Shown here: positions 26,630 through 40,786 of the stretch, one piece after another | How positions within the stretch are numbered: position 1 is the first letter of the stretch | How the letters are laid out: each line of letters starts with the position of its first letter | Source of the DNA: Eledone cirrhosa | Lineage: Eukaryota | Direction: 5' to 3' | NCBI GenBank assembly: GCA_964016885.1 | Contig: OZ024743.1 | Coordinates: 108,624,001-108,688,000 of the forward strand | DNA: 64,000 bases | Notes under the pieces: model-generated | Seen by the model: the letters and a program-made list of their open reading frames with translations, nothing else | Databases searched by the model: none | What the model was told of the DNA's origin: nothing | Position numbers and translations under genes: made by a program

Positions 26630-26880
26630 GTAGGCTGGAAAGATGGAAGGTGAGAGGAGCAGCCTGCTAGGTGCTCTAGGAGATGAGGGTGGGCTGGGAT
26701 TTGTGGGGTTCCTAACGTTAACCTGGGTGGTACCCCCCCCCCCCTATTGGGAAATTCTGTTGTTCATGTTATTGTTTATTAGTTTTGTTAATCTTTTACT
26801 TGATTGCATGAACATCTTCACTGTCCCAGTTTTTGTATAGTCTTCTATGTTCGGCCCTTGTGGCCAATAATAAAGAAATC
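26630..26880 (+). mobile_element. Probable Tx1/L1 LINE 3' UTR fragment
   Basis: Ends cccttgtggccaataataaagaaat, like the minus-strand tail at 36497. G-rich segment resembles 36495-36860. Confidence 0.45.
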
Positions 26881-26891
26881 ATTATTATTAA

Positions 26892-27188
26892 GCGTCAGAC
26901 ACCATGCTTTGCAGCTACGGAGTTAATGCCCTTTACGTTCTGAGTTCAAATCCGGCCAGGTTAACTTTGCCTTTCATTCTTATGGGGTCGATAAAATAAA
27001 GCACCAGTAACGTACTGAGGTCGATTTCATCGAATTTCCCCTTCCGCAAAATTACAAGCCTTATAGCTATACTAGAAATCATTATTATTAATCCAAATCC
27101 CGCCAAAGTTAACTAGTACTAGTATAAATAAAGTGATAGTAATACACTGGGTAAATTGCTGGCCTTGTGCCAAAAGTAGAAACAATTA
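26892..27188 (+). mobile_element. Two tRNA-derived SINE copies (26892-27085 long variant; 27092-27188 truncated short variant)
   Basis: B-box, central and tail motifs of the SINE consensus. Confidence 0.8.
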
Positions 27189-27949
27189 TTATTAATATCT
27201 TTGTTGTTCAGTCTTTCAAAACGTGGTTTACATCGCTATTGTATTAGTTTGTTTTATTTTTCCCAATTATTCAACGGCTTGCATTGAAATTTTGTTATTG
27301 TTTTGAAGTTGGCGAGCAAGTATCTTAGTGATCTGGAAGATTTAGCACCACCTAAATACCTTAGGGGATAACTTTTTGTTTCTTGTTCAAACATGCCCCT
27401 CAATCTTCAGCGAAAATTAAGACAGTGGACAAAGATGTTGCGCCCACGAAACAAAATGGTGGACTGTCCATAGAGTGGAACAGCCAAAATTCTGAAAACA
27501 ATGACAGCAGCAGTAGCACCAAAATTCATCTCGTGCAAAGGAAGAGGACTTTTCGGTTCTACCAATGATTATCACCGTGAAGGCAACAGCCCCCACAACA
27601 ACAACGGTAGTCGTGGGTAACACCACCACCACTGCAACATTCGAAATGTAAAAACAAAATTAAAACTAACACATACGACAATATAAATTATAACAAGATG
27701 AACAACAATAACAAGAAGACCACCAAAAAACAATGTGAGGAAGAAATGACGGTTACAAGACAAATGACACTACAAGCACCAGCAACAGCAACAGCAACAA
27801 AAGCAAAAAAACAGAACTTTCGAAATCGCCGCTGCAATATCATGGCAATCCCCCCAACTTGTTATTTTAGACAAGAAAGAAGATTTGACACAGGAATAGA
27901 AACTGAGAGAAAAAGCTGGGCCAACCTAACCGTCGCCGCCGAAGAATTG

Positions 27950-28560
27950 GCATCAACGCAAAGTAGGACTCAGATTTATAGACGCATTTCAGTGGAAACC
28001 CGTAAAACAGACTGAACTCTATCCACAAATGAAGACGGCACTATAATGCATCAGAGAAAACGTGGAGTACATAGCATGGGGCAGGAATTTCAGTACCATA
28101 TCGGTGCGGTTCAAAGCCGATGTGCTTTCTATAAAACACATGGAGGCTCCCTGTAAAACGAACCACATTATCATGTACCCATCCTACATGGGAGAGGAAT
28201 GGTGAAGGATCGCATTCCCAGAATCACGCCAGGAATGAAATTACGGTGCTACCTGGGATGCAAATTTGAAGACGATAACGGTGGAACCTTCCTAGATGTG
28301 TGAACAACACTAAGAGAAAACTGGGCCGGGAGGGATTTAGAGATTCGTCTCCAAATGAAACAGGGTTATCTTAAGAACATCCCGGACAATGTTCGCTCTC
28401 AAGAAGGGTCCGAGATACAAGAGGTCACTGACGGCAGAAAGCCACACTGTTTCGTCCGCAGCGAACCGTCACGTATGCATGCATTCTCCCCTCAGTTGAT
28501 ATATGAAGGAAGCCACAAACCATCGTTGATGTCAATACCATGTGCAGGGATACCACCACC
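27950..28560 (+). mobile_element. Decayed gag-like ORF1 of a Tx1/L1-type LINE
   Basis: Broken frames give ENVEYIAWGRNFSTISVRFK, IMYPSYMG and LKNIPD...VTDGRKPHCFVRSEPSRMHAFSP. The last is a degenerate CX2CX4HX4C knuckle after GR-x-P, as in Tx1 ORF1. Confidence 0.5.
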
Positions 28561-28760
28561 GTCAACAAATAATAAAGAATCAACTCAAAGAGAATATGAA
28601 GAAGGCGTCTCCACAAACAATGAACACGCACATATACACCCACAAACACAAAAAGACAGACATCTGATACACACAAGGAGACATCGTCATCTCCTAGTGT
28701 AGGTAAGCCACTCTGTGCTTAATTTTCAAGTGATGGCATTACTCAAAATCGAGTTGCAGC

Positions 28761-31700
28761 TATGTATGTATGTATGTATGTATGTATGTATGTATGTATG
28801 TTCTTCTGGTTTTACAATTTCACAAATCTGTTGCCAATATAGAGAGAGTCGGTTTCTAACATAGACACAAGACTCTCTCATTGGAATTTACACAACATCA
28901 ACTAGGTAGATTATGTATGGATGCATGCAGGTGTAGATATGGATGTTATTGTAGGTGTGGAAGTGTATGTTTTGAGTTGTATGTCTGCATGTGTATAGGC
29001 TTTGTTTCTGTACATGTGTATATGCAGTTATTAGATGCAACATTTTTGGAATGTTTTACATATTTTTTACTGTTCCATTAATGGATTGTACTTGTAATTT
29101 TCTAAATAGTTGTGTTCTTTCTGTTCCTGTGAAGCCTAGCTTCTCAAGATTTGTATTGAGGCAGTTACTAACATATCCCAGTGCCCCAATAATCACAGGC
29201 ATAAATCTGAAGGTGTAATCAGGGTGGAGTATCTGCAGATTTCTCATCAGTTCTGCATAAATATACTCCTTTTCACTAATCTTCGATTTTATATTGGCAT
29301 CTGCTGGGCAGCTAATTTCCACTACTGTGCATGCTTCCTTCTCCCTGTCCCATATCATAATATCTGGTCTGTTATGCCTGCATTTTATTGGGGTTTTTAC
29401 TGGAACATTCCACCAGTACTCTTTGATATGGATGTCTTCCACATTGCTGTAGATTTTAATGTGTTTATTATCGGGCTATCTCTTTTACGAACTGCATTGT
29501 ACAGTGTTTTGGCCACTATATCATGCCTCATAGGTAGATAGTATCGCGATGACATCTTTGGACAGCTGCTGATGACATGGGTGATATCCTCAGTGTTAGT
29601 TCTGCAGAGTCTGCACCTGTTAGCACATCTAGGTGTTTTGCCTGCACCCCTATCCCTTTTGTGAATCAGGTATTTTGTGTTAACCTCCTGTTCTTGGATT
29701 GCAAAAGCGTATCCTTCAAAGTGGGAGCCAATATAGTAGTTGTTGGTCCAAGATATACTTCTTTCCTTATCTATATTACTGTCACTCTGGAGCTTCCTGG
29801 CAACATATCCATCCATGATTATTTTGCTGATAGGCATGCAGTTTTTCATCCATGGATTCACTGCGATACTGCTGAGCGACTTCCCTGGGTGTGACTTTTT
29901 GATTTATCACACAGGGAATATCTCTCGAGGAGTTCTTTCCCAATTCTCATGATCTTATCTGTTTCATGCAGATAGACTTGCTCGAGAGACGGGCTCCTAC
30001 GCTTCGAGGTTAGTAGATGTTGTCGCAGAGATATGATGCGACATTCAAATTCTGTCTGGACTGATGTTAGGCCTCTGCCTCCCTCCTTACGTTTCAAGTG
30101 TAGACGGTCTATGTCACCCTTGATGTGGAAGTTTCCGCTGTTGTTTAGTATTTTTCGAGTTCCAACATCAACTGCTCGGATTTCGTCTATCGTCCAATTG
30201 AGTATTCCAAACGTTGGTGTTACGACAGACACAGCAAATACATTGTGAGCCACTGTTTTGTTTTGCGCAGAGAGTTCCGATGACCAAATCTTTCTTAATA
30301 GGGTGTAGTATTCCCTGGTTACGCGTACCTTATTACAGATACTATTATAGGATATGTTCTCATCTATCCCCAGGTATCTGTAGCACTCCTCATCAGATAT
30401 CGGTGAAACAGTTAGGCCATTGATGACAATGATGCTAGATTGGGTTGTTGTTTTTCCCCGCTTTACATTCATGAATGAGCATTTATCTTAGCCAATCTCC
30501 ATTCATATATCCTTTGATAACGTTGTAACCAGGTCAAGATTTTTATTCATCCCATCCATGTTCTTGGCATAGAGTTTCAGATCGTCCACAAAGAAATTAT
30601 GGGTTAGGTTTAATGTCAATAAGTATAATATCACAGAGAGACTGTCCCCCTGAAATATACCCCTGCGATATTTTATTTTATCAGTGAAAATAGAGGCCGC
30701 ACACTCTGTCTTTAACCTTAGGATAGTTGCCCAAGTAGAAGACAGCCTCACTATGGCTCTGACTTTAATGTCTGGGACTTTAGCAAGTTGGAGGGCCTCT
30801 ATCATCCAAGAGTGGGGAACAGAATCGAAATGTTCCTGTAGTCCAGCCAGACTGTAGCCATATTCCTCCTAAATTGTCGCACCTCCAACATCGAAGTTTT
30901 GTTGATTAGGATTTGTTCAGCACATCCCCAAACCCCTTTCTTTCCAGCTGCTTGTTCATCTGTGATAATGTTATTATTTTCACAGTGATCTTGGAGGAAT
31001 AGGTTCAGGCAGGCTGTATACACCTTATACATCAGGGTCTGACATGCAATGGGTCGGTAGTTTTTAGCCAAGTGGTTGTCTTTGTTCTTGGGGTAGTAAT
31101 GTTTGTGCTAATGTCAACCATTCTGGTATACGTGTATTATGAACTTGTTGGTGGAGGTCACTAAGATACCTCCGATAGAATATCAGTTTTTTTGTACCAG
31201 TACCCGACAATCATGACTCTTCCTGCTGTTTTCTTACCTTGGAGTTTTCTTATCACAGCCTCAAGGGTACCCTCACTTATTTCATATGTTTTCGTTGCAG
31301 TGTAGGAGCAATAGTTCTTTCGGATTTCTCTTAGCCACACTGTATCTTGGTTGAAATTCTTTTTTTCACCCTATATTTTGCTCCAAAAGGAATCTATGTC
31401 TTTCTGGGATGGGGCCTCATGTCACTTATTATTTTGTTCTTTATATCTCTATAGACTGATGTTTGGTTTCGTCTGAATCTTTTATTAAACACCTTTCTCT
31501 CATCTACCTTCTTCAGGTATCGGCGTTTTTCGCTAACAGCTCTCAATTCTTGTTTGAGGGTGATCAGCTTATATTGAAGAGTTTTGGTTCTACTGTTACC
31601 ACACAGCGTCTCTATTTTATTTTTCACTCTTTGTTGGTGAGCAGTGAGATTTGTTTGTGTCTGTTTGCATGTAAGGAGCATTGTCAAATATCCTATGGTT

Positions 31701-32420
31701 TGTTGTAGGTCAGCAATCTTTTTTTCTATTTTAGTGATATATGATGGTATATTTGGTGGTGTTCTGTTCTTGTTAATGTCTATGCTATCACCAAGATAAT
31801 GCTTCACTGTCGTTGCTGGGGCATATAAACAGGCGTTCATTCGCCAAAATATTGGGGTTTTTATCCGTCGTAAATATTCATTCCCTATTTCGTTAATAAC
31901 ACGTAATATTTCATTATTTGTTTTTGTTTTTTTATTAAACATTGTCGTTTTAATACGTTCAGCAAGAGAGATATTTATACATGAATTAATTTCTCTCTGG
32001 AAGTTTTCGTTGATGGACATTTTCAATTGTTTATACTTTTGATTATAATCGATAATATTTTCCACAACAGTCGAGGTAGACTCGGATGCTACACGTGGTG
32101 TCGTATTTCTTCAATTATTATTATTATTTCATCGATTATTATTATTATCGATAGTATTTTCCCCAGCATTCGAGCTAGACTTAGATGGTACAGGTGGTGT
32201 CAAGTTTCGCACGGGCATAGTTGTTTCAAGGCGCTGTTGGCTGCTAGGAAGTCTAGTAGCATGGCGACCTGTAGCACCTGTTGTGGATTCCATGTTCGTT
32301 GTGGGAACTTACAATTAATAATATTTATCTTATTTTTACGATCAACAAACGTCGATTGTTGGCGTAATTGTTTCGCTGTGAAATAATTTAACTCTGGGTG
32401 CATTTCGTGTTTATGTATAT
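28761..32420 (-). mobile_element. Near-full-length decayed RLE-type (R4/Dong/NeSL-like) non-LTR retrotransposon
   Basis: Colinear minus-strand ORF pieces: N-terminal region (31394-32400), RT motifs NYRPIAC, RGIFQGDSLS, FFVDDLKLY, YRYLGI and RKEGGRGL, CCHC finger CRLC...HVISSC...RHD, and RLE RPDIMIWD...VEISCP...EKEYIY. The 3' UTR has a gagagagtc/gactctctc stem and a (CATA)n tail. Many stops and frameshifts. Confidence 0.9.
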
Positions 32421-32435
32421 ATGTGTGTGGGGGAA

Positions 32436-32475
<40 letters not shown>

Positions 32476-34144
32476 CCTAAAATCTAATAAAATCCCCAAA
32501 ACAAACCTTCCAATGACTTGACAATTTTTGCGATGGTGTATCATCAGACTCGTTTGGCTCTATCGCTGAATCCACTGGATTATTATCAAATATGTCCCTC
32601 ATAAGTTAAAATCTCAATTCTACCTTTCAACCATTGATGTAACAATCACGAGTAAAGTACTTAGATCTTCTATCGAACGTACTCTCATTACATCAGTGCC
32701 TCTCTTTTTATTAACTTAAAATTGATACCTTGCCATTTGAGTCTTAACCCCAGGCTAGAGAAATACAATACACTGCCTATGACGGTACATACATAGAGAT
32801 CGTATTGACTGGACCGAGGGCGTATTCTCCATCAATTAATTATGTCCATTTGTTGTGTGTTCAAATGTTACTAGAAACGCTCTTTCCTATTTATTGCACC
32901 TGGAGTCGATTGAATGCGTACTAGTGAAGGTTATGGAAATCCCACATAAAACCAACCAGCATCTGTAAATCATAAAGGCTAATCTCATTACTAGGATGTA
33001 ACAATATTTTATCTAGACATAAGTCAGTCTCGATGGTACAAACGCTCCAAATGTGACAGTCCTGTTCCTTCGTTCCTTCGTCTACATTATCTTTCAGGTT
33101 TTACATATTTGCTATCCTTTTTTATTCTCAAAGCATCATCACCACCAATTTCTTCTTCTTCTTCTTCTTCTTCTTCTTCTTCTTCTTCTTCTTCTTCTTC
33201 TTCTGCTTATCCACCGCTAGTATCCTATCCTCAACCTCACACAGTTGGTAGAAGTAAGAAACAGACAGACGAGCTCAGGCAGATTTGTGCGTATCAAATG
33301 AATACATACATATATAAATGTAACGCTTATATACTTCATCGTGTAGCATCGTTATTATCACGTCTACCGCTACCAAAACCCAGCATATTTCATCAATACA
33401 ATGGCTGATAAAATTAATCTCGGACACAACAGCAAACAGATAAAACCGATTTCATGTAAAATAGACAAAAAATAAACCAGCCACATTAAAACATTAGCAA
33501 TAGATACAACACGAACTACTACTAATAAAACCACCACCACCTCCACCAACACCACCGCCACAACCACCACCACCACCATCACCACTACTACTACTACTAC
33601 TACTACTGTTCAACAACAACATCAACAATAATAATACTATTAATAATACAAAAGTTAACGACGATGATGGAGATTGATAGTGGGGTGAGGGTGCTGATGG
33701 TGGTGAGCAATGCTTATATATATATATATACAAACATACATACTCACAAACACATATAGGCATTTTATTCCATTATCGAAAAACCCATGGAGCCAAGGAA
33801 TCCCTGTCAGTAAGATGAATATTAAAAGCATATATCTTTCAGTGACCTTGGTTCGATGTATTCAGGTCAGAGGTATATCATGGTTCTTTATTCTGCGTTT
33901 TCAGCCATTGTTGTAGTATAGAGACATGATTGTCCCAATCGGACGACATCCTGGCGGATCTCACGCTTGAATCTATCGAAATTACGTTTGAAGTAGTTTC
34001 TCTATGAGTTTCATCGATTGTATGAGACATATATGTGCATTGTAAAGCAGATCATATATTTTTACAGTAGATTATTGATTTACATACGTATATAGATATA
34101 TATATATCTATATATATATATGTATATATACACACACACACACG

Positions 34145-34227
<83 letters not shown>

Positions 34228-34989
34228 TCATGTATATATATAGAGTGAGAGAAGAAAAGAGAGATGGGGAGAGAAACGTAAGTATTCAGTTTAAATGAAA
34301 AGAAAATATATATACATAAAGGAAAGAAGAATAATGTTGCTATGAAGACACTTGAGTTGTATTCAATATTTTATAGCATATGACTAGATTTTTCCGATGC
34401 GATCTCTGTTGATTTCCACTTTAAAATGCACTACATAAAATAAAGATATAAAATATATGGTATATGTAAATAATAATAAAAAGAAATATAGAAATAAAAA
34501 CATCTGAACAGACATACATGAATGGTGAACACAAGGATATTTTCTTTCTGGTGAGATTTAGTTATAGTTTTATAAAATGTCCTACTTGAGAATTTCCTTT
34601 TAAAGACACAAGTTTAGTAAGAAGAGGCGGCATTTCATTTCTAAAAAAAAAATTGTTCTCAAAATACATTTAGAATGTTGAATTTCTGTCATATTATTTT
34701 TTTTATATAATATTTATACGATCAAGTAGCAGGTAGTCGAATTAATTGAACGTAGATCGAACAAAATAGAATATGTTGTTTACTTAACTTTTACGTTGTA
34801 AGTTTAAATCGGGCGATGGCCAACGTTGTCTTCCACCCTTTTTGTATTCCCGAGGAAAACAAATTTTACCATTGAAATACTGGAGTCTGTTAATGGACTT
34901 CAATAGTGATAAACAAAAACAGAATTATAGTAAAGGATTATAATTTATGCACATGTCCAACAATATTGTTACAGGGGAATGTCATGTAA

Positions 34990-35245
34990 ATGTCCATTCG
35001 TTCAATCGTTCCACAGATACCTGTATTCCTAGAGAAATTCTCAGGGATTTCAGGTTGACCCACTGTGAGAAAAGACTGACACTTTGAATTACAGATACGC
35101 TGTAGGCAGTGCAATAGGCTTCCAAAGAGTTACTGCCTACCAAATTTTATTCACTAGTCTTGGTAAAGGAAACACATGCAACATGCTACGTAGTCTGATC
35201 CACCCCAAAGTTTAATGATTGTGGAATCAACTTTTTTAGTATACA
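34990..35245 (-). mobile_element. Old SINE copy (CORE-type), related to 46640-46875
   Basis: Shares tttgaatt...aaagag...ctaccaaattt..tcac with 46640-46875. Highly diverged. Confidence 0.5.
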
Positions 35246-35580
35246 GAGATGCTATGATCACCCCGATCACTTAGTGTAAATTAAATTATAAATAATAAAT
35301 GTTTAATTATACAAAAAGTTTACTATTTACAACGCTTGCAATTCTTTCTCGCCTTACCACTTGCTATACCTTTTGAAGAAGATGATCATATATCTACCTT
35401 TTTTCTGAATTAGCCCTTCCCTTCCCTTCAATCTTTCTAATTTCACATTCATCCTTCTGATGAAGGACTAGCGTTAAGATCCTCTTCTTGCTATTTTAAG
35501 CTTTAAACTAATATATTCCTTCCATATACCGTACTGTTTGTGTTGTTATTTCTGTTTACCTTTCACACACACACACACAC

Positions 35581-35673
<93 letters not shown>

Positions 35674-35910
35674 TATATATATATGCTCTGTTCACACATA
35701 TCTATACATATATATATATGTATACTCTATATATATTATTTATATATACTGCCTATGTATTATATATATCACGAATTATTACATCAACTATCCTTCTGCA
35801 AGTGATAAAATAAATATAATTTATGCTTCAATATATACAGGATTCTTATGAAAATGTGTTGAAGTAAATATTTTCATTTTTTCTTCACTCTACTCCTTTT
35901 ATTTCAACAG

Positions 35911-36060
35911 CTGCCGAATCTAAACCATCAGCTTGTCCACTGCCTGGAACTTACGCTTATAAAGATTACACGTCTCACTGTGTCGGAAGTCTCATAATTG
36001 GGTGCCATAACGAAAATGAAATCGAAATCCAGGCTTCATGCCCGTCAATGCATAAAACAG
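35911..36060 (+). CDS. Internal coding exon B (150 nt, phase 1/1)
   Basis: Acceptor ctcctttt atttcaacag and donor gtaggc. Open frame PAESKPSACPLPGTYAYKDYTSHCVGSLIIGCHNENEIEIQASCPSMHKT, in phase with exons A and C. Confidence 0.8.
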
Positions 36061-36494
36061 GTAGGCAACAAAATTGAAGAGATGGAAAGAAAGAGAACAC
36101 ACACACACACATATATATATATGTGTGTGTATTCTCTTTCTTTCTTTATGTGTGTTTGTGTGTTTGTGTGTTTGTGTGTGTGTGTGTGTGTATGTCTGTG
36201 TGTGTGTGTGTGTGTGTGTGTGCGAGCGTGCATAGGTAGAACTTTATTTCAGAATAGAGAATGTCAGTCCCAATGTCATGAGATTTCAGAGGAATGAAAT
36301 ACAATTTTCTTTAACCGAAGGAAAGACAATGTATTTTTATTAAAATGTAGAATTCCTTACACCAAATCCTTGGGGTCTTGTTGTTCCTCATTTGACATTA
36401 GCGTGTAGATACATTTTGACTGTACGCCAGGTGTGATCAGGAGCACGCCAACACTCACACACACATATACATATATATAGAGATAGATAGATAC

Positions 36495-36860
36495 ATTTCT
36501 TTATTAGCCACAAGGGCACAAAAGAAGGGGATACATACAAATGGGGAGTTTACATACAGGTATATGAATATAAAACTATTAATAAAATAACAACTAACAA
36601 TTGATAACTCCAATAGGGGGGAGGTGTTATACAGGGGTTGTACACACCCCGAAAATTGTACAACCCTCATCTCCAGGAGCACCAAGAGTGAGTACTCCCT
36701 TCCTCTCTTCCTCTTTTTCCTCAACCTACAGGCTTATATAGAGAGAAGGCCCAACCACTCGGGCCATCTATGCCACATTCACCCACCTTTTATAACATTT
36801 TCTGGGGTAGAGCACCTCTCCCTCCATCCTGATTCTTTCTTCCAAAATGATATTTGAAAA
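36495..36860 (-). mobile_element. Probable Tx1/L1 LINE 3' end
   Basis: Minus-strand tail cccttgtggctaataaagaaat. The segment 36770-36860 resembles 690-770. Confidence 0.55.
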
Positions 36861-36919
36861 AACGAATCAGTAGAGAGATAGATAGATAGATATGTCTGCA
36901 TATATACATACATACTTAC

Positions 36920-36971
<52 letters not shown>

Positions 36972-37437
36972 TATATATATATATGTATATATTTATATAC
37001 ACATACACACATATATATATATATATATATATGTATATATTTATATACATAAAAAAAGAACCTATATAACAATACGGGTGATATTCGTTTTGATATAAAT
37101 ATGTATTTTATGTGTAAAAGCAAAATATATGTTTTTAATATATGATTTGATGTGTTTGTGTGCAAAATCACGTGGTATTGTTTTGGCTATGTCACCAAAG
37201 TTAATATATTCTTATCCACGATTCCATACATTTCCTTATGGAAAGAAACAAAATAAAAAAGAAAATATTAAAATTTATTTAGTTATTTTTCGCAGTAAAT
37301 CTCGGCGAATAATCTCAAGCCGATTCTCAATCGATTTAAACATATTTTCATATTTTTTTCGCTGAATTCTTTTACAAACATACGCACACAATAACATACA
37401 CATAACCGTATCCATCTATCTAGCTGTCAAACTATCT

Positions 37438-37498
<61 letters not shown>

Positions 37499-37603
37499 CT
37501 ATATATATATATATACATATATGTACACACATGCACGCACATATATATATTATAAATGAATATATATATATATGAGTGTATGAAAACTCATACTCGCATA
37601 CAT

Positions 37604-37655
<52 letters not shown>

Positions 37656-37958
37656 TTGTGTGTTTGAGTGTAAATATATGTATTGCTGTGTTAGAGTGAG
37701 TGCCTGTGTGTTTTTATTGTTACTTTTCATAAGGTATATACACTTTTTTCAATGTTATCGGTTCCATCATTTATATAAACCTTCCTTTTATATAATTCGT
37801 GATACATCAATTCACCGCATGCATAATAGCTATCGAGGTGCAACCTATGTAAAACCGCAATATAAAAATAACCTTACACACACATATATTAAATGATATA
37901 GATATACAAGACTATCTCTGCATTTATAATCATATGATTGTAGATCTGTATGTATTTA

Positions 37959-38021
37959 TATACCCATGTATATATGTACGTATGTAGTATATATATATAT
38001 ATATGGTTGTGTTCCTGTGCG

Positions 38022-38056
<35 letters not shown>

Positions 38057-38072
38057 GGTAGTGTTCCTGTGC

Positions 38073-38120
<48 letters not shown>

Positions 38121-38176
38121 GCACAGGAACACAACCATATATATATATATATACTACATACGTACATATATACATG

Positions 38177-38180
<4 letters not shown>
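37959..38180. repeat. Inverted repeat (arms ~37959-38022 and ~38118-38180) with a TA-rich spacer that holds a third partial copy
   Basis: tacccatgtatatatgtacgtatgtag...ggttgtgttcctgtgcg is mirrored by cgcacaggaacacaacc...ctacatacgtacatatatacatgggta. Confidence 0.85.
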
Positions 38181-38227
<47 letters not shown>

Positions 38228-38540
38228 CTACTCGAAAGGTGGACGTTTCCATAATCAATTGTCAGTGAAGATCAGCCTGATAATTATGTGTTTGCATATA
38301 AATATATGTACATATATACATACTCTCACAAATGCATTAGCATTCAATCACTCATACAAGATTATTAAATGCGTTTGTATTGATAAATATATATATACAC
38401 AGAATCACACGGACACATACAATGTTACATATAAAAGGGAAAAGCATGTATAGTCACTCTGCTTCATTTTGGAATCTATATGTATGTGGGAAGATCTTGA
38501 AAATGTTCCTTATGTCTTCGATGTTAAGATTCAGAGAAGG

Positions 38541-38623
<83 letters not shown>

Positions 38624-38724
38624 GTATATACATTAATATATACATATATATAGATATATATATAGATATATATATACATTAATATATACATATATATATA
38701 TATGCATATATGTATACTTACATA

Positions 38725-38780
<56 letters not shown>

Positions 38781-38889
38781 TAGATAGATAGATAGATATA
38801 GATATAGATATATACATATATAGATATAGATATATACATATATAGATATATACATATATAGATATAGATATATACATATATAGATATAG

Positions 38890-38954
<65 letters not shown>

Positions 38955-39114
38955 TATATATATATATATATATATAGATATATACATATATATATATAGA
39001 TATATACATATATATATATAGATATATACATATATATATATAGATATATATATATATATATAGATATATACATATATATATATATAGTGAGAGATATATA
39101 CATATATATATATA

Positions 39115-39400
39115 TTGGTAAATGGTGACAAATTGTTCACAGTGGAAAATAGTTTAATTAGGAATAAGTGAGAATTAGTAATAGTATTGTTTAGTATTCA
39201 GTTTTGGTTTTAAGCTTTACCGGTTGCGCATTTCTAATGCTTTTCAAAAATAATTTTGAGATAGAGCATCGGTGATGTTTGCTCTAAGCTGATTAGTTTG
39301 GAAATTCTACCTGTTTTTATGTTAAAAAAGTGGCTCCAGCGGTATTAAAATAAGTTTTGCGCCAATTCGTGTTGCAAAAAATTATTGTGGTCAAAACAAT
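39115..39400. repeat. Dispersed repeat sharing its left end with the 47231-47446 fold-back
   Basis: tattggtaaa...gacaaattgttcacagtg.aaaatagtttaattaggaataagtga.aattagtaatagtattg recurs at 47232-47320. Abuts (TA)n. Confidence 0.7.
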
Positions 39401-39600
39401 TTTGATTGGACGGTAGAGTGAATGTTAACAATTGATTTTGCCCCAAATGTAGGTTTGTGTCGGCTGATTGATAAGTCACTGAAAAATAAGTCTTTCAAAA
39501 CAAATATGCGTGCGTGTGTGTAGTAGTAGTAGTAATGAGGTTCGTTGTTGTGATAATGGTCAGCAGGGATGTGTGTATATACACATATATACACATATAT

Positions 39601-39694
<94 letters not shown>

Positions 39695-39701
39695 GTATAT
39701 G

Positions 39702-39738
<37 letters not shown>

Positions 39739-39840
39739 TATATGTATATATATATATATATGTATGTATGTATGTATATGTATATATATATACATATATA
39801 TATATATAGATATATATATATTATATGTATATATATATAT

Positions 39841-39896
<56 letters not shown>

Positions 39897-39912
39897 TATA
39901 TATATATATATA

Positions 39913-40127
39913 TATTTATTAAAATAACAAATTAAACTTGAAGCAAAGAATCGCTGCTTTCACCCTTAATGTTTCAGAAGATCCCGTTAAGGGTGAAAGC
40001 AGCGATTCTTTGCTTAAACTTTAATCTGTTATTTTAATAAATATTTGCTCTACGGTTCTTATATATTTGATATATATTTATCCTTATCGAGCCATCTTTG
40101 GATTTTAGTCTTCGAATTTATTATTAT

Positions 40128-40184
<57 letters not shown>

Positions 40185-40570
40185 TCCCGTTACGGGTGAA
40201 AGCAGCGATTCTTTGCTTAAACTTTAATCTGTTATTTTAATAAATATATATATATATATCTTCTCTTCTTTTTAGTTTCATAATATCCCGTTAAGGGTGA
40301 AAGCACCGATTCTTTGCTTAAACTATAATCTGTTCCTTTAATAAATATATATATATATATTTATATATATATATATATAAATATTTATTAAAACAACAGA
40401 TTATAGTTTAAGCAAAGAATCGGTGCTTTCACCCTTAACGGGATATTCTGAAAGTTCAAAAAAACTATAATCTTTGCTCACACTATAATCTGTTATTTTA
40501 ATAAATATCTGTTCTACGGTTTTATATATTTATATATACATATTATCCTTATCGAACTCTCGTCGGATTT
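39913..40570. repeat. Cluster of ~6 direct and inverted copies of a ~75-bp unit with a hammerhead-like motif (probable Penelope pseudo-LTR ends)
   Basis: Unit cccgttaagggtgaaagcagcgattctttgcttaaactttaatctgttattttaataaata occurs at ~39913(-), 39971(+), 40182(+), 40273(+), 40383(-) and 40471(+, partial), and again at 44238-44315, downstream of a GIY-YIG remnant. Confidence 0.8.
39971..40020 (+). ncRNA. Putative type I hammerhead-ribozyme-like motif with a variant core
   Basis: Stem I gttt/aaac, core CAGAAGA (canonical CUGANGA), stem II ccc-gttaa-ggg, GAAA, stem III gca/tgc, and a CUU triplet. Folded by eye. Confidence 0.5.
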
Positions 40571-40683
40571 TAGTCTTCACATTTATTATTATTACTATAT
40601 ATATAATATATAAGGAAATGAGCAGCGTGAATTATGCTACACACACTGAGACGCACACACAGGCACTCACACACACATACATA

Positions 40684-40786
<103 letters not shown>

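Noticed and set aside
35450-35490. ctgatgaagg hammerhead-like 5' core
   Set aside because: No GAAA box or stem II downstream.
39913-40570. CRISPR-like appearance of short repeats with spacers
   Set aside because: Eukaryotic context, mixed orientation, (TA)n spacers of irregular length and no cas genes.
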